DNA of 64,000 bases from Macrostomum hystrix (lineage: Eukaryota; Animalia; Platyhelminthes), in assembly GCA_950097015.1 (NCBI GenBank), contig CATNEN010000001.1:27491946-27555945 (forward strand), written 5' to 3'. Position 1 is the first letter of the stretch, and each line of letters begins with the position of its first letter. The notes under the pieces are model-generated. The model was not told where the DNA came from. It ran no database searches and saw nothing but the letters and a program-made list of their open reading frames with translations. The position numbers and the translations under genes are program-made. Positions 37,301 through 48,941 of this stretch are shown piece after piece.

Positions 37301-40300
37301 GGCACTAGCAGCGACGAAGACGACGCTGGCGGACTCGCTGGCGGCCACCTGGGCGAGCCGCTGGGCGAGCTGCGGCTCCACAGCCAGTGGCTGGAGATGG
37401 CCCGCTTGCTCACAGAGCAGGGCCAGTACCAAACCTCCAGACTGCTGCTCCGCGAGGTTCAACTGACCGCCGGTGAGCTGGGCGACAAGCGTTGCCTGGC
37501 CGCAGCGCTGCTGGAACTGGGCCGGCTGGCCCTGCGGGAGCGCCAGTTCGGTCAGGCGGCTCAGTGCGTGCGACAGGCTCAGGCCATGATGCAGGTGAGA
37601 GGGACTGTATCTATGTTCGGGCTTCAAGGCTAGTCTCCAATTTTTTAAAGAACACGATGACTGATTATTACGAGTATCCTCGTATCCTCGACCTCATCCT
37701 TGTCTCGCCTTCAGGGCTGGGCGTCGGAAGAGGACTGGTTCCTGAGCTGCCGGCTGCTGATTGAGGCCACAGCCAGTGACTTCACCAAGAAGGACGCACT
37801 CAGCCGGGCCAAGACAGAAGCCCTTCGGGGCATCTCCGTCTTCGAGGAGCTGGCTCGCCGACGACCGAACAAGGCGCCGCTGATTGACAGTCTGGTGGGC
37901 CGGCTGGAGCTGCTGTTCGGTCGGCTGCAGACCACCTGGGCGCTGGACCGGCTGTCTCAGCGGCTGTGCTCCAGGGGCCGAGCGCACCGCTGGCTCGAGG
38001 TGTCCCGGCGCTTCCTGCACTGCGGCCTGGAGCGGCTGACCAACGGGCGCGACTTTCGCCAGGCTCTGGAATGCTTTCAGCAGCTGGGAGCCTGCCAGTT
38101 GGAGATGAGCAAACTGGCTGATGACGAGGAGGCCAAAAGGTAAGTTACATTATCTCAGGTGTCAATCTAGTTTTCTATTTGGCTATCCGCTCGATTCCTC
38201 TGCCCATCCGCAGGCAGCTGCTCGTGGACGCGGCGAGCTGTTTCCGCGCGGCGACTCGCTACGCTGAGGCGTTCGTGGCTGACGCTCAGACCAGCGGCTC
38301 GTTGGGCGACCTCCGGCGCGCCTGTCCGCCAGCGAATCGACTGGCAGCCGCGGCCAAGCTCAGCCTGGCCGAATGCCTGCTGCAGCTGTTTGAAATCCAG
38401 GTGAGGAGGCCTGTTTCTAGATGATGTTTCTAGCCGCACCCAGAACGCAATCCTAAGGGCACAGTCAGAGCGTGCAATGCATGACGATGAAAAAGTCAAG
38501 GCAGGTTATAATTACCTGTGTGAGCGTGCTTACTGTCTTATAAGCAGTAAACAGAAGTGACAGAATGCTTGTAGTGACTTCTTAAAATAAATTGAGAGCC
38601 AGTGTTGACGGCACTGAACGAATGTAAAACGGTAGGCCGAAGCCCTCTAGCCGATAGTCTAGGGTGAGGAAAGAGAGACGAGCAGCTAGCCAATCAGAGA
38701 CAAGGGACAGGAAAGAGAAGTGAAGGTTAGCTAAGAAGTTGAACAGATTGAGGGAGAGAGGTGAAAGTGCAATAAGATGGCGCGCGAGCGTAAACAAGCT
38801 CCCGCATCTTCATCTCGCAGGTGGAAACAGAGAGAGCCGAGGCGGAACGGCAGCTGGCAAAGCCGGCGGACGCCCTGGCCGTTGAAGAATTTGTCCACGA
38901 GGAGCCGCAGCTGTCCGAGCCACAGGCGGCCTGGATGACAAAGGTGCGCCTGGCTTTCGACCTGGCGGTCGGCCAACTGCAGGACGCTCACTCGCTTGCG
39001 TCGTCTGGCGGCCCGCTGCCGACACGAGCCCGCTGCCTGGCTCTGATTGGCCGAGCGCTGCGCCTGCTGGCCAGCCGTCTGGACCCGGACTCGCCGGCTC
39101 AGTGGCGCCTGCTGGAAATCGACTCGTCTGCGTGGGCGCAAGTTGAGGAGGCCGCTAATGAAGAGGCCGACGATGACAACAAATGTGAATCGGAAGAGAC
39201 GCCTCGAGACGAAGATGGCGCCGGATTGGTTATTGGCCGCGAGTCCGCCGCTGCGGCTGCAGCTGCGCGCGAGCGAGAGGCCAAGGCGGCCAGGCGAGCC
39301 CGTCAGGCGTGGGCGGCCTTTCAACGAAGCCGCGATCGTCTGGCACAGGCCACTGAGGTGTTGTACCAGGCGCAGACGGTGGCCCTGCACAAGGACGCGC
39401 TGGTTAGTCCTAGAGGCAGATTTTTATGCCCAATAAGCCATTCATTAGTCACAGTGTCCCATATTGATGATGTCAGAATGTCAGAATGAACTGAAGCAAT
39501 GCAGAGTTAAGTGTCTGGCTAAAGGACACAAATTGTTCCAGTGGGAGTCGGGAATCGAACCCCCGACCTTTAAGTCGTGAGTCGGACGCTCTAACCCCGA
39601 GGCCACAACCCCCTTTGTGTCCCAGGAAGTCGCAAGCCTTGCCTCCCAGGAGCTGCTGGAGTGCATCGGCCAGTATGACATCGGCCTGTCCTGGCAGGAG
39701 CTCAGTCTGCACCAGTCCTGCCAGACGGCCCGACTGCTGCGTCGAACTCTGCGGTTGGCTCTGCGTGACTCCAACCTATCCGAGACCGCCGCCCTCATCA
39801 ACCAGCTGGACAACCTGGAGGCTGAGGCGGCCTTCTGCAATGGACTCCAGAGCCGTGTGGCAGCCACGGCCCGCGATACGCTGAGGAGGACGTCACTGGT
39901 GAGGCGCCAAAAGTCAAGAATTATTTTATTTCAAAGCGAAATATGAGTCTTCTCTTCGCAAAATGAACGAACTCACAGGCCTGGCGCCAGAGCTGCGTGG
40001 ACCACGCGCATCAGGACATCGGCAAGTCGCTGCCGCCCTTCCTGAGCTTCTTGCTGCTTCAGCACAGTCCCGACTATCGCTACTTGTACGCCGGAGCCAC
40101 GGAGAGGCAGAAGGCCAAGCCTGGAAAAGGTGAGTAAATTATCAATTCTAAGTACTGAGATACTTTAAAAAAGGCAGAGAAGCAGTGACTTACCATCGCT
40201 GGTTAATTCTGCTGACTTTTGAGTACCATGAAGCTAGAATAACAAAGAAACATAATACCAGAATACCAGAGTCCTGGAGTAAAAATGTACCAGAGTCCTA

Positions 40301-42980
40301 GAGCATCAGAGCATCAGAGTACCAGAGTACCAGAGTACCAGAGTACCAGAGTACCAGAGTACCAGAGTACCAGAGTTACCAGCGTACCAGAGTTGCGGCT
40401 AAAAGGTGACCCATTGCGCATCGCACATTCAGGAGCTCAGGCTGCCGGGGGAGCAGGCGGTACCAGTGGCGGAGCGGGCCAGATGCTGGGCCGCAGTTTC
40501 ATTCTGCGGCTGGACACTAGCCGAGAGCGTCTGGAGCGCCTCCTGGACAGCATGCACGACTTCAAGTCGGAGGTCGGCACATTGCTGCTGAAGCACGAGT
40601 ACCAGCGCAGCCAGGCGGCCAGGCAAAGGCGGATGCTGGAGGCCATCACGGCTGGAGTCGACGGGGAGATTGGCGCGTCAGCGGTGAGTGGGCGGGATGT
40701 TCAAATTGTGGGTGCCACCTGTTGAACTTCTTACCTAGAATAATTCGTTATTTATTAGGCTCAAGATACGTCAGGATTTACTCAAGAAACTAGAGTCAGC
40801 CAACCTGTTAGACACAAGAGCCAATCAAACTGTTAGACACTAGAATCAGTGAAACTGTTAGACACAAGAGCCAATAAAACTGTTAGGGCACTAGAATCAG
40901 TGAAACTGTTAGACACAAGAGCCAATCAAACTGTTAGACACTAGAATCAGTGAAACTGTTAGACACAAGAGCCAATCAAACTGTTAGACACTAGAATCAG
41001 TGAAACTGTTAGACACAAGAGCCAATCAAACTGTTAGACACTAAGCTGTCCTGTCGGTCGCTAAAAGTACATTTTTGATATTTGCGCACAGACTGAATCT
41101 AACCAATTAGATCTTAGATCTAATTCTGATGGCGGAGTGTTTTGTGGGAGTACTAGTTTATAGTTTAAATTACTAGCTAATGAGTAGTTTACATCCAGTA
41201 ACTAGCTGCACACTTTAACAAAATTAGTTCTAACTCAGTTGAAAGCACTTCTAAGTGGCATGTGTTTTGCACGCTAATCCTTAAAGTCGGAATTCGTTTT
41301 CAGCGTTCAGCAAACTCCATCGATGTAAGTCATTGTTTTGTGGTCTGCGACTAGCATCCGCCTTTTCATGATTGGCTCCCTAGTTACTGTTACCTGCCGC
41401 GTCTGCAGTTTTTTTTGCTTTTCAGTTAACAGTGTCAATTAACCCCAGCTTTTCTGACGCATTTAACAGTAGAAGGACCAGTGGGTGATATTTCAAATGT
41501 AGAATTCAGGTAGAGTTGGTCGCTTGGCGACTAAGATAAATAGAAAAGTGAAAATCAACATTTAATTGAACGACGCGTTTCGCACAACAGTGTGCATCTT
41601 CAGGTTTAGTTTAAATGAAGAAAACGAGTAGAGAAGTGAATAAATATGAAATTTGTTAGGGTGTAAATTTAATGAATATTTTAAGTACATATTTGTTAGT
41701 GCGTAAGTCGAGAGGCAAAGTCCCGGGGCGGATTGTTAGCGTTGCAGCCAACAGTACAGAATGTACAGCCCACCCCCTCCGTCAGAACACACGGAGAACA
41801 TAGCCCGCGCCACTGTGTTGGAGTTGGGGGAATGTGCTTTACTGTACAACACTTCAAGAATCTGCAGTTTGGAGTCAAATGAGCATTGGTCAATGACTTT
41901 GAAGCGCTCTTCCGGGTGCAGGTGCCTTTTAGTCTTCCCCACGTAGGTGACGCTCTGGTCATCAGAGCTGTTGAATTGATAAACAACATCATACCTGTGG
42001 GTACATCTTCAGAGTACTTTTAACTGTCTAGAGTGTTTGCGCCAGTGGCCGCCGCAGTGCTACATTTATTTAGCTCGTATTTACTCAAACTCGTGTGCCG
42101 AGTGAAATAACACACAAATCAACAAATCAATAACCTGTCCGAACCTAGTTTTCTTGTTTTTTTGTTTAACCTTATTTCACCGAAGACAAATAATTTCGAA
42201 ATAAACAGCTTTGCTCTGGTTTCAACACCTGGTGCTTTCGAATCAGATGAGAAGTGAAAAGTGAAACAGTCCCACTCCCACTTCCTTCCCCGCCCCTCAG
42301 AGCTGCCTGACCGAGGAGCACCGGGCGGACCTCGAGCTGCTGCAGACATGGTTCAACCGTCTCGTTGGCGACACCGCCGAGTACCTGGGCCCCGCTCTGC
42401 ACCGATTCGAGCGCCTCAACCGGCCGAGTTCGGCCACCACAGTCAGCACCAGCAGGCGAGAGATGCAGCAGCAGCAGCAGCAGCAGCCAGATGACTGTCT
42501 GGTGATGCTGATAGACCCGCACCTGGCCGAGCTGCCCCTGGAGGCTCTTCAGCAGCTGCACTTCGACAGCCTGGCTGGCATGAGTCGTGACTTCAGCCTG
42601 CAGCTGGTGGCCCGCCGCATGTTCGGCTCTAAGCACCTGCTGGATGACGATGGAGGCGGCGGCGGTCCCGGCGGTGCCGACGAGGACGTCGATGACGAGC
42701 AGCGCGCTGCCAACGCTGGCGGTGGCGGTGGCGGCGGCGCCGGCGGTGGCAAGGGCGGCAAGGAGAAGGGCAGCAAGGCGCTGAGCAGGATTCCCGGACT
42801 GCGAGATGCCAGCAAGAAGCTGAGCAAAATCATCCCGCTGGTAAGCGCTGCAACCGTAACCTGCCCATCAAGCATTCCACCCATCACTCCTGACAGCAGG
42901 GCACATCATTTGGTGACAGTCAACCCGCAGCAAGCGATAGACGATTCTGTCCATTCCACTGCCTACAGACACACACACAC

Positions 42981-43020
<40 letters not shown>

Positions 43021-44717
43021 GCACGCACCATACCCAGGTTGCACACATCGTAGTGTAGATCTGCCCTGACTTCTTCACTGTCGTCAGCAGGGTACACTCT
43101 TCTCAGGGCAAGGGGTGGTTCTCAGGGGCCAAAGTACCGATGGCAAAGATCTATGGCATTGGGTTCAGCTTAGACTTCAGCGAATCAAGCATGAAGGCTC
43201 TAAAAAATTATAATATTTGCATTGCTCTACTAACAGTAGGCTTATTTGAGAAAAACGACACTCTTCAATCCGATACGTTCCGTAAGTCACGTGATCGATC
43301 TGAAATCTCGAAACACCGAAATGTCACCTCCTCACAGGTGCGCCCAGTGCCTCCGGGTCACCTGGCCGTGGACACCAGCCACATCAGACACGTGGTGGAC
43401 CCGTACCTGGACTGCGCGGACACTGAGCAGTGGAAGCCGCTGGACCAGTTCCGCGCCATGATGGACCGGCCCGAGAGGGTCCAGCAGTTCACGCCGCGCT
43501 GGCTCGGCGTCACCGGAGACGATCACGCGCCAAGCGTCGGCGAGTACGAGGTCTACCTGCGCGAGGGCACCGGCTTCATCTTCTACGGCATGGAGCGCTT
43601 CCTGGCCCACCTGCCGCCGCACGCGCTGGCGAGTCTCGGCCTCACGGACTGCCGCCTGGTGGCCCTGTTTGACATGGCGCAGACCAGCCAGAGCTTCCTA
43701 CGGCAGAGCAAAATCGATGTAGTCAAGCGGAGCGACCAGCTCAAGCTCGAGAAGCCAGTTGAGACCGCTCTGCTCATGACACTGGCTGGTGTGCCCGCTC
43801 TGTGCTGCCACCAGTGGGCCAGCACACTGCAGGAGAATGCCACCCGACTGGACACTTTCCTGGCTGGTGAGACAACTGAAGGCCTCTTGTTTGGACTAAT
43901 TGCTGTTAACGTAACATCCCCCTTATCATCTAGGTGTTCACATCCCAAATAATATTGGGCGTTATCCAACATCATTTGGGGACACGACCCGCAGCCAGAG
44001 AAGAGGCAATTCTGCCCATTTCGCTGACTCCTGAGCACACACACCCACAATGGCTAGACGAAGGCATACGCTCACACAGGTGCGTACATCTGCCGTGACT
44101 TTCTCATCGTCAGGCAGTGTAAACTTTCACTGTACCTTGGAGGTTGACCCTCAATTGAGTAAATTGCACATCAAGCCCCCAAGCCTTCTCTCCGCGGCTG
44201 CGCCCCAAGTGAATGTGGCCTCGCCGCGGAATTGAGCTCATGGACCTTGGTGCGAGAGACAAACGTGTTAACCGCTCTGCCACCGACCCCCGAAGCCCGA
44301 CTAAACATGCAGCTAAAATCCCTATTGCAGACGTCCTGGAGGGCGGCAAGACCATCGGCCAGGCGGTCAATTTCATCTACGAGCCGCACAAGCGCGCGGG
44401 TCCTGACGACGGAGTGTCCACTGCGGCAGCGACCGCGGCTCCTGCGCAGTCGGATGAGCCCACGGCTGCCGGTGAAGCTCTCGGTGGAGACGCAGCTGCC
44501 GCACCCGCGGCTGAAGGTGCCGAAGGACAACAATCGCAGCCGCAGCAGCGGGCAGGTTCAGCAGGAGGGGCTGGAGCTACAGTGGAAGCCGGCACCAGCA
44601 CTGCAGCCGGTCCGGACAGTTCGGAGGCCGCAGAGACTGCAGTTGCGAACCGGACTTCGTTTCAACATGATCCTGTACGGCCTGCCAAATATTCTTGTCA
44701 CCCTGATTGACAAGTGA
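19668..44717 (+). CDS. CFAP46: cilia- and flagella-associated protein 46 (TTC40), 5'-incomplete in this window
   Basis: Phase-consistent GT-AG exons: 19668-19942, 20642-20847, 21328-21612, 21738-22166, 22247-22468, 22723-22869, 23847-23954, 24703-24862, 27239-27499, 34108-34424, 36472-36633, 36710-36858, 37057-37594, 37715-38139, 38214-38400, 38821-39402, 39626-39898, 39979-40129, 40433-40683, 42301-42840, 43338-43866, 44331-44710/44717 (~2,190 codons). Segments I recall as CFAP46-like: EPWLVTSAGAYVWNY, MPRTKHRLLIFKH...AKLGQ...DIQKF, SRDFSLQL, VVDPY...GFIFYGMERFLAH. Confidence 0.85.
20069..20480 (+). mobile_element. SINE family A copy whose head is a 54-bp tandem repeat x4
   Basis: GCGGGGAGACGGCTTAGAATTAGAGCC...GGTCCACTG x4, then a SINE body matching 14897-15090. 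Confidence 0.7.
20848..21273 (+). repeat. 25-bp tandem repeat x17 starting exactly at a CFAP46 splice donor
   Basis: Unit GTGAGTTCCCTAATTAGCTGCTCAG. Confidence 0.95.
23160..23447 (+). mobile_element. SINE-like family B copy
   Basis: tRNA-like head (...CAAGGTCCTGAGCTCGATTCCGCGGCGAGGCC), shared body GTGCTCAGGAGTCAGCGAAATGGGCAGAA and ATT tail; homologous to 33635-33936 and 43950-44290. Confidence 0.7.
24001..24655. repeat. ~21-bp GGGATCTAGTTGGGATCTGAT minisatellite (intronic)
   Basis: Seen directly. Confidence 0.9.
24944..27062. repeat. 22/24-bp GAAGACTCTCAGCTTCTCAACT minisatellite (intronic)
   Basis: Seen directly; two interspersed length variants. Confidence 0.95.
27700..33270. repeat. 30-bp GAAGGTGTTAGACAGTCATTTAGATCTGAT minisatellite, ~185 units (intronic)
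   Basis: Seen directly; lies between phase-compatible CFAP46 exons ending 27499 and starting 34108. Confidence 0.97.
33635..33936 (+). mobile_element. SINE-like family B copy
   Basis: tRNA-like head GTAGAGCGGTTAACGCG...GAGCTCGATTCCGCGGCGAGGCCA; body shared with the 23160 copy. Confidence 0.72.
34550..35105. repeat. 28-bp GTCTAGGTGTACATTTGTCTATGGGCGT minisatellite
   Basis: Seen directly. Confidence 0.9.
35782..35985 (+). mobile_element. SINE family A copy (diverged)
   Basis: GGGGTTGTAGC...GACTTGAAGGTCTGGGGTTCGATTTCC...GGACTGAACAGCCGTACGCAGC. Confidence 0.65.
39485..39613 (-). mobile_element. SINE family A 5' part, antisense, abutting a CFAP46 acceptor
   Basis: Reverse complement of the head and CORE-like segment of the 14825 copy. 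Confidence 0.78.
40255..40392. repeat. 8-bp AGAGTACC repeat
   Basis: Seen directly. Confidence 0.85.
40805..41043. repeat. 50-bp dimeric repeat (two alternating 25-mers sharing AAACTGTTAGACAC)
   Basis: Seen directly. Confidence 0.9.
41550..42000 (-). mobile_element. Penelope-like retroelement 3' remnant (GIY-YIG endonuclease fragment)
   Basis: Minus frame DVVYQFNSSDDQSVTYVGKTKRHL...FKVIDQC...KLQILEVLY matches the GIY-YIG pattern (VVY...YVG.T.R); a hammerhead motif follows downstream. Confidence 0.72.
41569..41606 (-). ncRNA. minimal type I hammerhead ribozyme (Penelope-associated)
   Basis: AAC-CUGAAGA-U-GCAC[ACUGUU]GUGC-GAAA-CGCGUC-GUU: CUGANGA and GAAA cores, stem II, palindromic stem III and a GUC cleavage triplet. 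Confidence 0.72.
43950..44290 (-). mobile_element. SINE-like family B copy (antisense, last CFAP46 intron)
   Basis: Reverse-complement match to 33635-33936. Confidence 0.72.
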
Positions 44718-45019
44718 TTCAATATTTGCTCATGAGGTACTTCCCAACTTCCCAAGCCCTATTTTTTCAGTAGAGTTCGCTGACAATTGAACATCAATGA
44801 GCAGTTTTACCATGCGTAAAATATTTCCAAAATATTCTGTGATCTATAAAGAATTTTGCTCTTGCACATTTTCATTGAATAAATGTTATATTCTTAACTG
44901 ATTTTTTACAAGAATTAAAACAACATTTCAGTGCATCTTTTTGTGTCACATTCTGTTTTACTCCACTTACTTTTATTGAGTCTCGAGACGGATAACAAGA
45001 TGGAAGGGTGGCACCAGAT

Positions 45020-45298
45020 GGGTGTCTACGAGAGAGACGCTCAGCCACACACAGGTCGCACAGGGTAAGGGTGGCGGCGGGGTGGGTGTCTACGAGAGAG
45101 ACGCTCAGCCACACACAGTCGCACAGGGTAAGGGTGGCGGCGGGGTGGGTGCCTACGAGAGAGACGCTCAGCCACACACAGTCGCACAGGGTAAGGGTGG
45201 CGGCGGGGTGGGTGCCTACGAGAGAGACGCTCAGCCACACACAGTCGCACAGGGTAAGGGTGGCGGCGGGGTGGGTGCCCACGAGAGAGACGCTCAAC
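45020..45298. repeat. 63-bp tandem repeat, ~4.5 units
   Basis: CTACGAGAGAGACGCTCAGCCACACACAGTCGCACAGGGTAAGGGTGGCGGCGGGGTGGGTGC. Confidence 0.92.
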
Positions 45299-46044
45299 CA
45301 ATCACACGAGCTGGGGCTAGAAAATACGAGAAGAGATAGAATTGCAATTTAGCGAAAGGGCAATGACAATAACAATAACAATATACAGATTTTTTGCCGC
45401 AACCGCCATTTGCAAATGCAATGGCTTCAACGCTTTAAATATCTTGAAAATAGTTTTTTTCTTGTAAACGTTTCTGAAACAATCGACAGTGTTTGACCAC
45501 TAGAAAACTGGTCTCTTGTTTCTTCTGATTTTATCGATCAGCCAGCAGCTCTGCCGGCCCGTGAATGACAGCCTAAGAATATGGAGATGAAGAAAGTCTA
45601 GAACTCTAGATTCTATAAGCATCGATTAAAACTTCTGCATAGGACCGGTTGTGCTTCTGTCACCTGCATTATTTTCACCTCCGTTATTTTCTGTCGCTTT
45701 TCCAATGTTTTACAGAAGAAAGTAACTTAAGAAAACTGACATTGAAGTGAAGTTTCAGGCAACGGTGAGCGCACCAGATCAGACTAGTTTGTTGAGGATA
45801 AACTTTCTGGAAAGAAGTTGTAAGAATCATTTAACCGGATTTAACTGAGTCTAGCGATCAGTTTGCTCTGCGTTTGTGTTTGCTGAAAAACTAAAGCTGC
45901 ATCCAAGCTTTACCGAAGGACGAAAAAAACTTTCATTTTGCAGTCCTTGGCTTCGATGATAGGGTCGCGTTTTCGCAGTTAAAAGAAATAATAATTTTAA
46001 AGTATTTCACGAGTATTTCACACCAAGGAATTAATCTCAAATAA

Positions 46045-46232
46045 ACAGGTAGTAGTCTGTCTCAGCCACACAGGTAGTAGTCTCAGCCCCACAGGTAGTA
46101 TAGTCCTCAGCCACGCAGGTAGTAGTCTCAGCCACCCAGGTAGTAGTCTCAGCCACACAGGTAGTAGTCTCAGCCCCACAGGTAGTATAGTCTCAGCCAC
46201 GCAGGTAGTAGTCTCAGCCACGCAGGTAGTAA
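46045..46232 (-). repeat. 21-bp DYYLCG* array, ~9 units, ~40 nt downstream of the paralog 3 stop
   Basis: Seen directly. Confidence 0.9.
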
Positions 46233-46274
46233 TCTAACTGTAATCTAGGTAATCTAACCTTCTACCTCCGATTT

Positions 46275-46985
46275 CTAGCCTCGCAGGTAGAAATCGCCAG
46301 CAACGCCAGTTAGGATAGACGGTGGGTAGGCGAACCTGAGCAGGTAGCACTGACTTCGAATCTTTGAGGAGATCACAGCCTGACAGTCAGCGCTGGCATG
46401 GCACTGAGCCACGCACTTGATCTTCAATGTCACAGCGCTTGTCCAGAATGTGGTATAAGTGGCCACCACAGTCAGGCTTGGCGTTTGGGTCCGGGTGAAG
46501 ATGTTCCTACCTGCAAATCAAGTTTTTAAAGGCTAAGTCACGGCTCCTAGAACTCTACGAACTCCACGAATTCCTAGAACTACCTACCCGGGTAGGTTTG
46601 GGCGAACACGGAGTTCCGGTCGCTTCCTCCACAGATCTGTGACGAGTTTCCTGAGCAGGCCATGTTGCACTCGGACTCACTGGCTGCTCCGTAAAGCCAG
46701 AAGGACTTGCCACAAAAGCACTCACGGCTGTTCTGCACACCGAAGTACGGGAATCCGCCAAGTGAGCAGACATTGTTGCAGAAATCATGCGACATTTTGT
46801 TGCTGCGCACGCCGTAACCGTGGGTGTAAGTGAATCCACCAAGATTGCTCACTCCATCCAGCCCGTTTAAGGCCCTGACGCGATGATAGTCGTCCATGAA
46901 GCAGCCGATGTAAGAGAACAGAGCCACCCTGGCAGCCGCGACGGCCAGCAGAGCGCAGCAGGACAGCGGAGACCAAAGCTCTCAT
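46275..46985 (-). CDS. WSC-PAN paralog 3 (exons 46985-46588, 46510-46275; 1-nt insertion in the signal peptide)
   Basis: WSC ORF 46580..46927 and PAN-like ORF 46275..46469 (ends GDFYLRG-TAG). The ATG at 46985 is out of frame by one extra C relative to paralog 6. Confidence 0.75.
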
Positions 46986-48156
46986 GTGATTTTCTGTAGA
47001 CTTTAGAATTTAAACGCGCAGCAGTTCTTTGTCATTTAATTCTGATGCCTGGATTATAACTAGTTGTCATAATTTCTGTTGCTACTCGAAAAAAGACAGA
47101 CTTGCGAACTTTCTCTACCCAACCAGAACGCCGAAGAGCTGTAAGTACTCGTAGATAGTAATACAGTTCTTTTATGATCTTCGCTGTGTTACTTTTGCAA
47201 GCAAGTAGTCTGCGTGGAATCTGTTTGAAAACAGCCTAGGGGTCTATTGGTGTCTCTCTAGCTTTCAGTGCCCCACCTGCTAGGTAGCTTTGGTGCCTTT
47301 TCGTTGACACTGAGGGACTGTCCGACCCACCTCTCTCTCGTGCCGTCTGGACTGTCTCTCTCTCTGCCCGCCTGTTCACCCCTAGCCGCGCCTGCGCTAT
47401 AAGTGTTCTTTCTTGTGCACTTCAAGTGCACAATTCAAGAGTCATCACCTCTTCGTCCCGCGCTGGCGTCTTTGTCTCGTAAAAGTATAGTAAACATATT
47501 TACTGTTCTTGGTGTTTCGATCATGAGTCAGGGCCTTCGTAGGAGTGACGTAGGAGTGACGTTTTGCACGTCACTGACGTCAGTTGCTATTTTTAGAAAG
47601 CACATCACGTCTGTCTGGTCTGCACAACGAACTCTGAGATAGTGTTAGCAAGGGCGAAAAAACACGATGAGACCGTTTCAACCTAATGTAACTTAGTTGT
47701 ATCGTGCCGCGCGAGCAAGTTGCGTACATTGACAAAGAGAACACTAAGGGTTAAGTTAGAGGTTGTCAATAGGAACAGCCAAGTCGCGCCACAGTGACAT
47801 GAATTTTTTGGCAATTGTGAGCGGACCAGGCCTAATTCATTTGTTAAGAAGAAGCTTTCAGGAAAGAGAATGTAAAATTCATTTTTGCTGAAATAAAACG
47901 AGTTTACAAGCATCCAAGCTTACAAGGTACAAAACTACAAACTAGAATGCTTTAAAACTACAAAACTTGCGCCGCGCGTCGACAGAATGTCGCGTGCTTG
48001 CAGTCGACTCAGAAACCTGTATAAACCTTGAACTCGTAGTCTAAAAGCTGCTCTCCAATTAACAAAGTAACTTTAAGCCTGAATGCAAAAAGCCGATGAT
48101 AAGAGGAAAAAGGAATTAAAAAAACTTAATTGAATATTTCCCAACCAGGCAGCTAG

Positions 48157-48392
48157 TCAGCCACCCAGGTAGTAGTCTCAGCCACACAGGTAGTAGTCTC
48201 AGCCACACAGGTAGTAGTCTCAGGCACGCAGGTAGTAGTCTCAGCCACACAGGTAGTAGTCTCAGGCACGCAGGTAGTAGTCTCAGCCACACAGGTAGTA
48301 GTCTCAGCCACCCAGGTAGTAGTCCTCAGCCACACAGGTAGTAGTCTCAGCCACCCAGGTAGTAGTCTCAGCCACACAGGTAGTAGTCTCAG
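48157..48392 (-). repeat. 21-bp DYYLCG* array, ~11 units, no adjacent PAN exon
   Basis: Seen directly. Confidence 0.9.
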
Positions 48393-48589
48393 TTTAGTCA
48401 TCGAAAACTAAAATAGCAGCTACTTTCACTAGGTCGAAACTTCCCAACGTTGAGAGCTTTAGCAAGAGATTTCATAGCTGCTATGAAGGTAGTTGCTATT
48501 TAAGTTTTCGACGTTGTGAAGTTTCGACCTTGTGAAAAAATTGCTTTTCGGTGTTGTGAAATTTCGAGCTTGTGATAGCACCCCCCTAA

Positions 48590-48941
48590 CCGGGTAGGTC
48601 TGGGCGAACACGGAGCTCCAGCTGCTTCCTCCACAGATCTGTGACGAGTTTCCTGAGCAGGCCATGTTGCACTCGGACTCACTGGCCGCTCCGTAAAGCC
48701 AGAAGGACTTGCCACAAAAGCACTCACGGCTGCAATGCACACCGAAGTACGGGAATCCGCCAAGTGAGCAGACATTGCTGCAGAGCTCGTGCGACATGCT
48801 GGTGTTGCTGAACACACCTTGCGCGTCGCTGTAAGTGAATTCCCCAAGTTTAGTCACTCCCTGCAGCCCGTTCAAAGGCTCTGACGCTTAGAAAATCGTC
48901 ATTGAAGCAGCCGGTGTACGAGAACTGAGGCCACCCTGGCA
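48590..48941 (-). pseudogene. WSC-PAN paralog 4 remnant (WSC exon only; no signal peptide, no exon 2)
   Basis: WSC ORF 48459..48875, very similar to paralog 3 in its 3' half; frameshifts upstream; similarity stops at ...CTTGCCAGGGTGG. Confidence 0.75.

Noticed and set aside
47265-47560. Possible solo LTR (also 38560-38810)
   Set aside because: LTR-like composition, but I could not establish TG...CA ends with a target duplication or a second copy.
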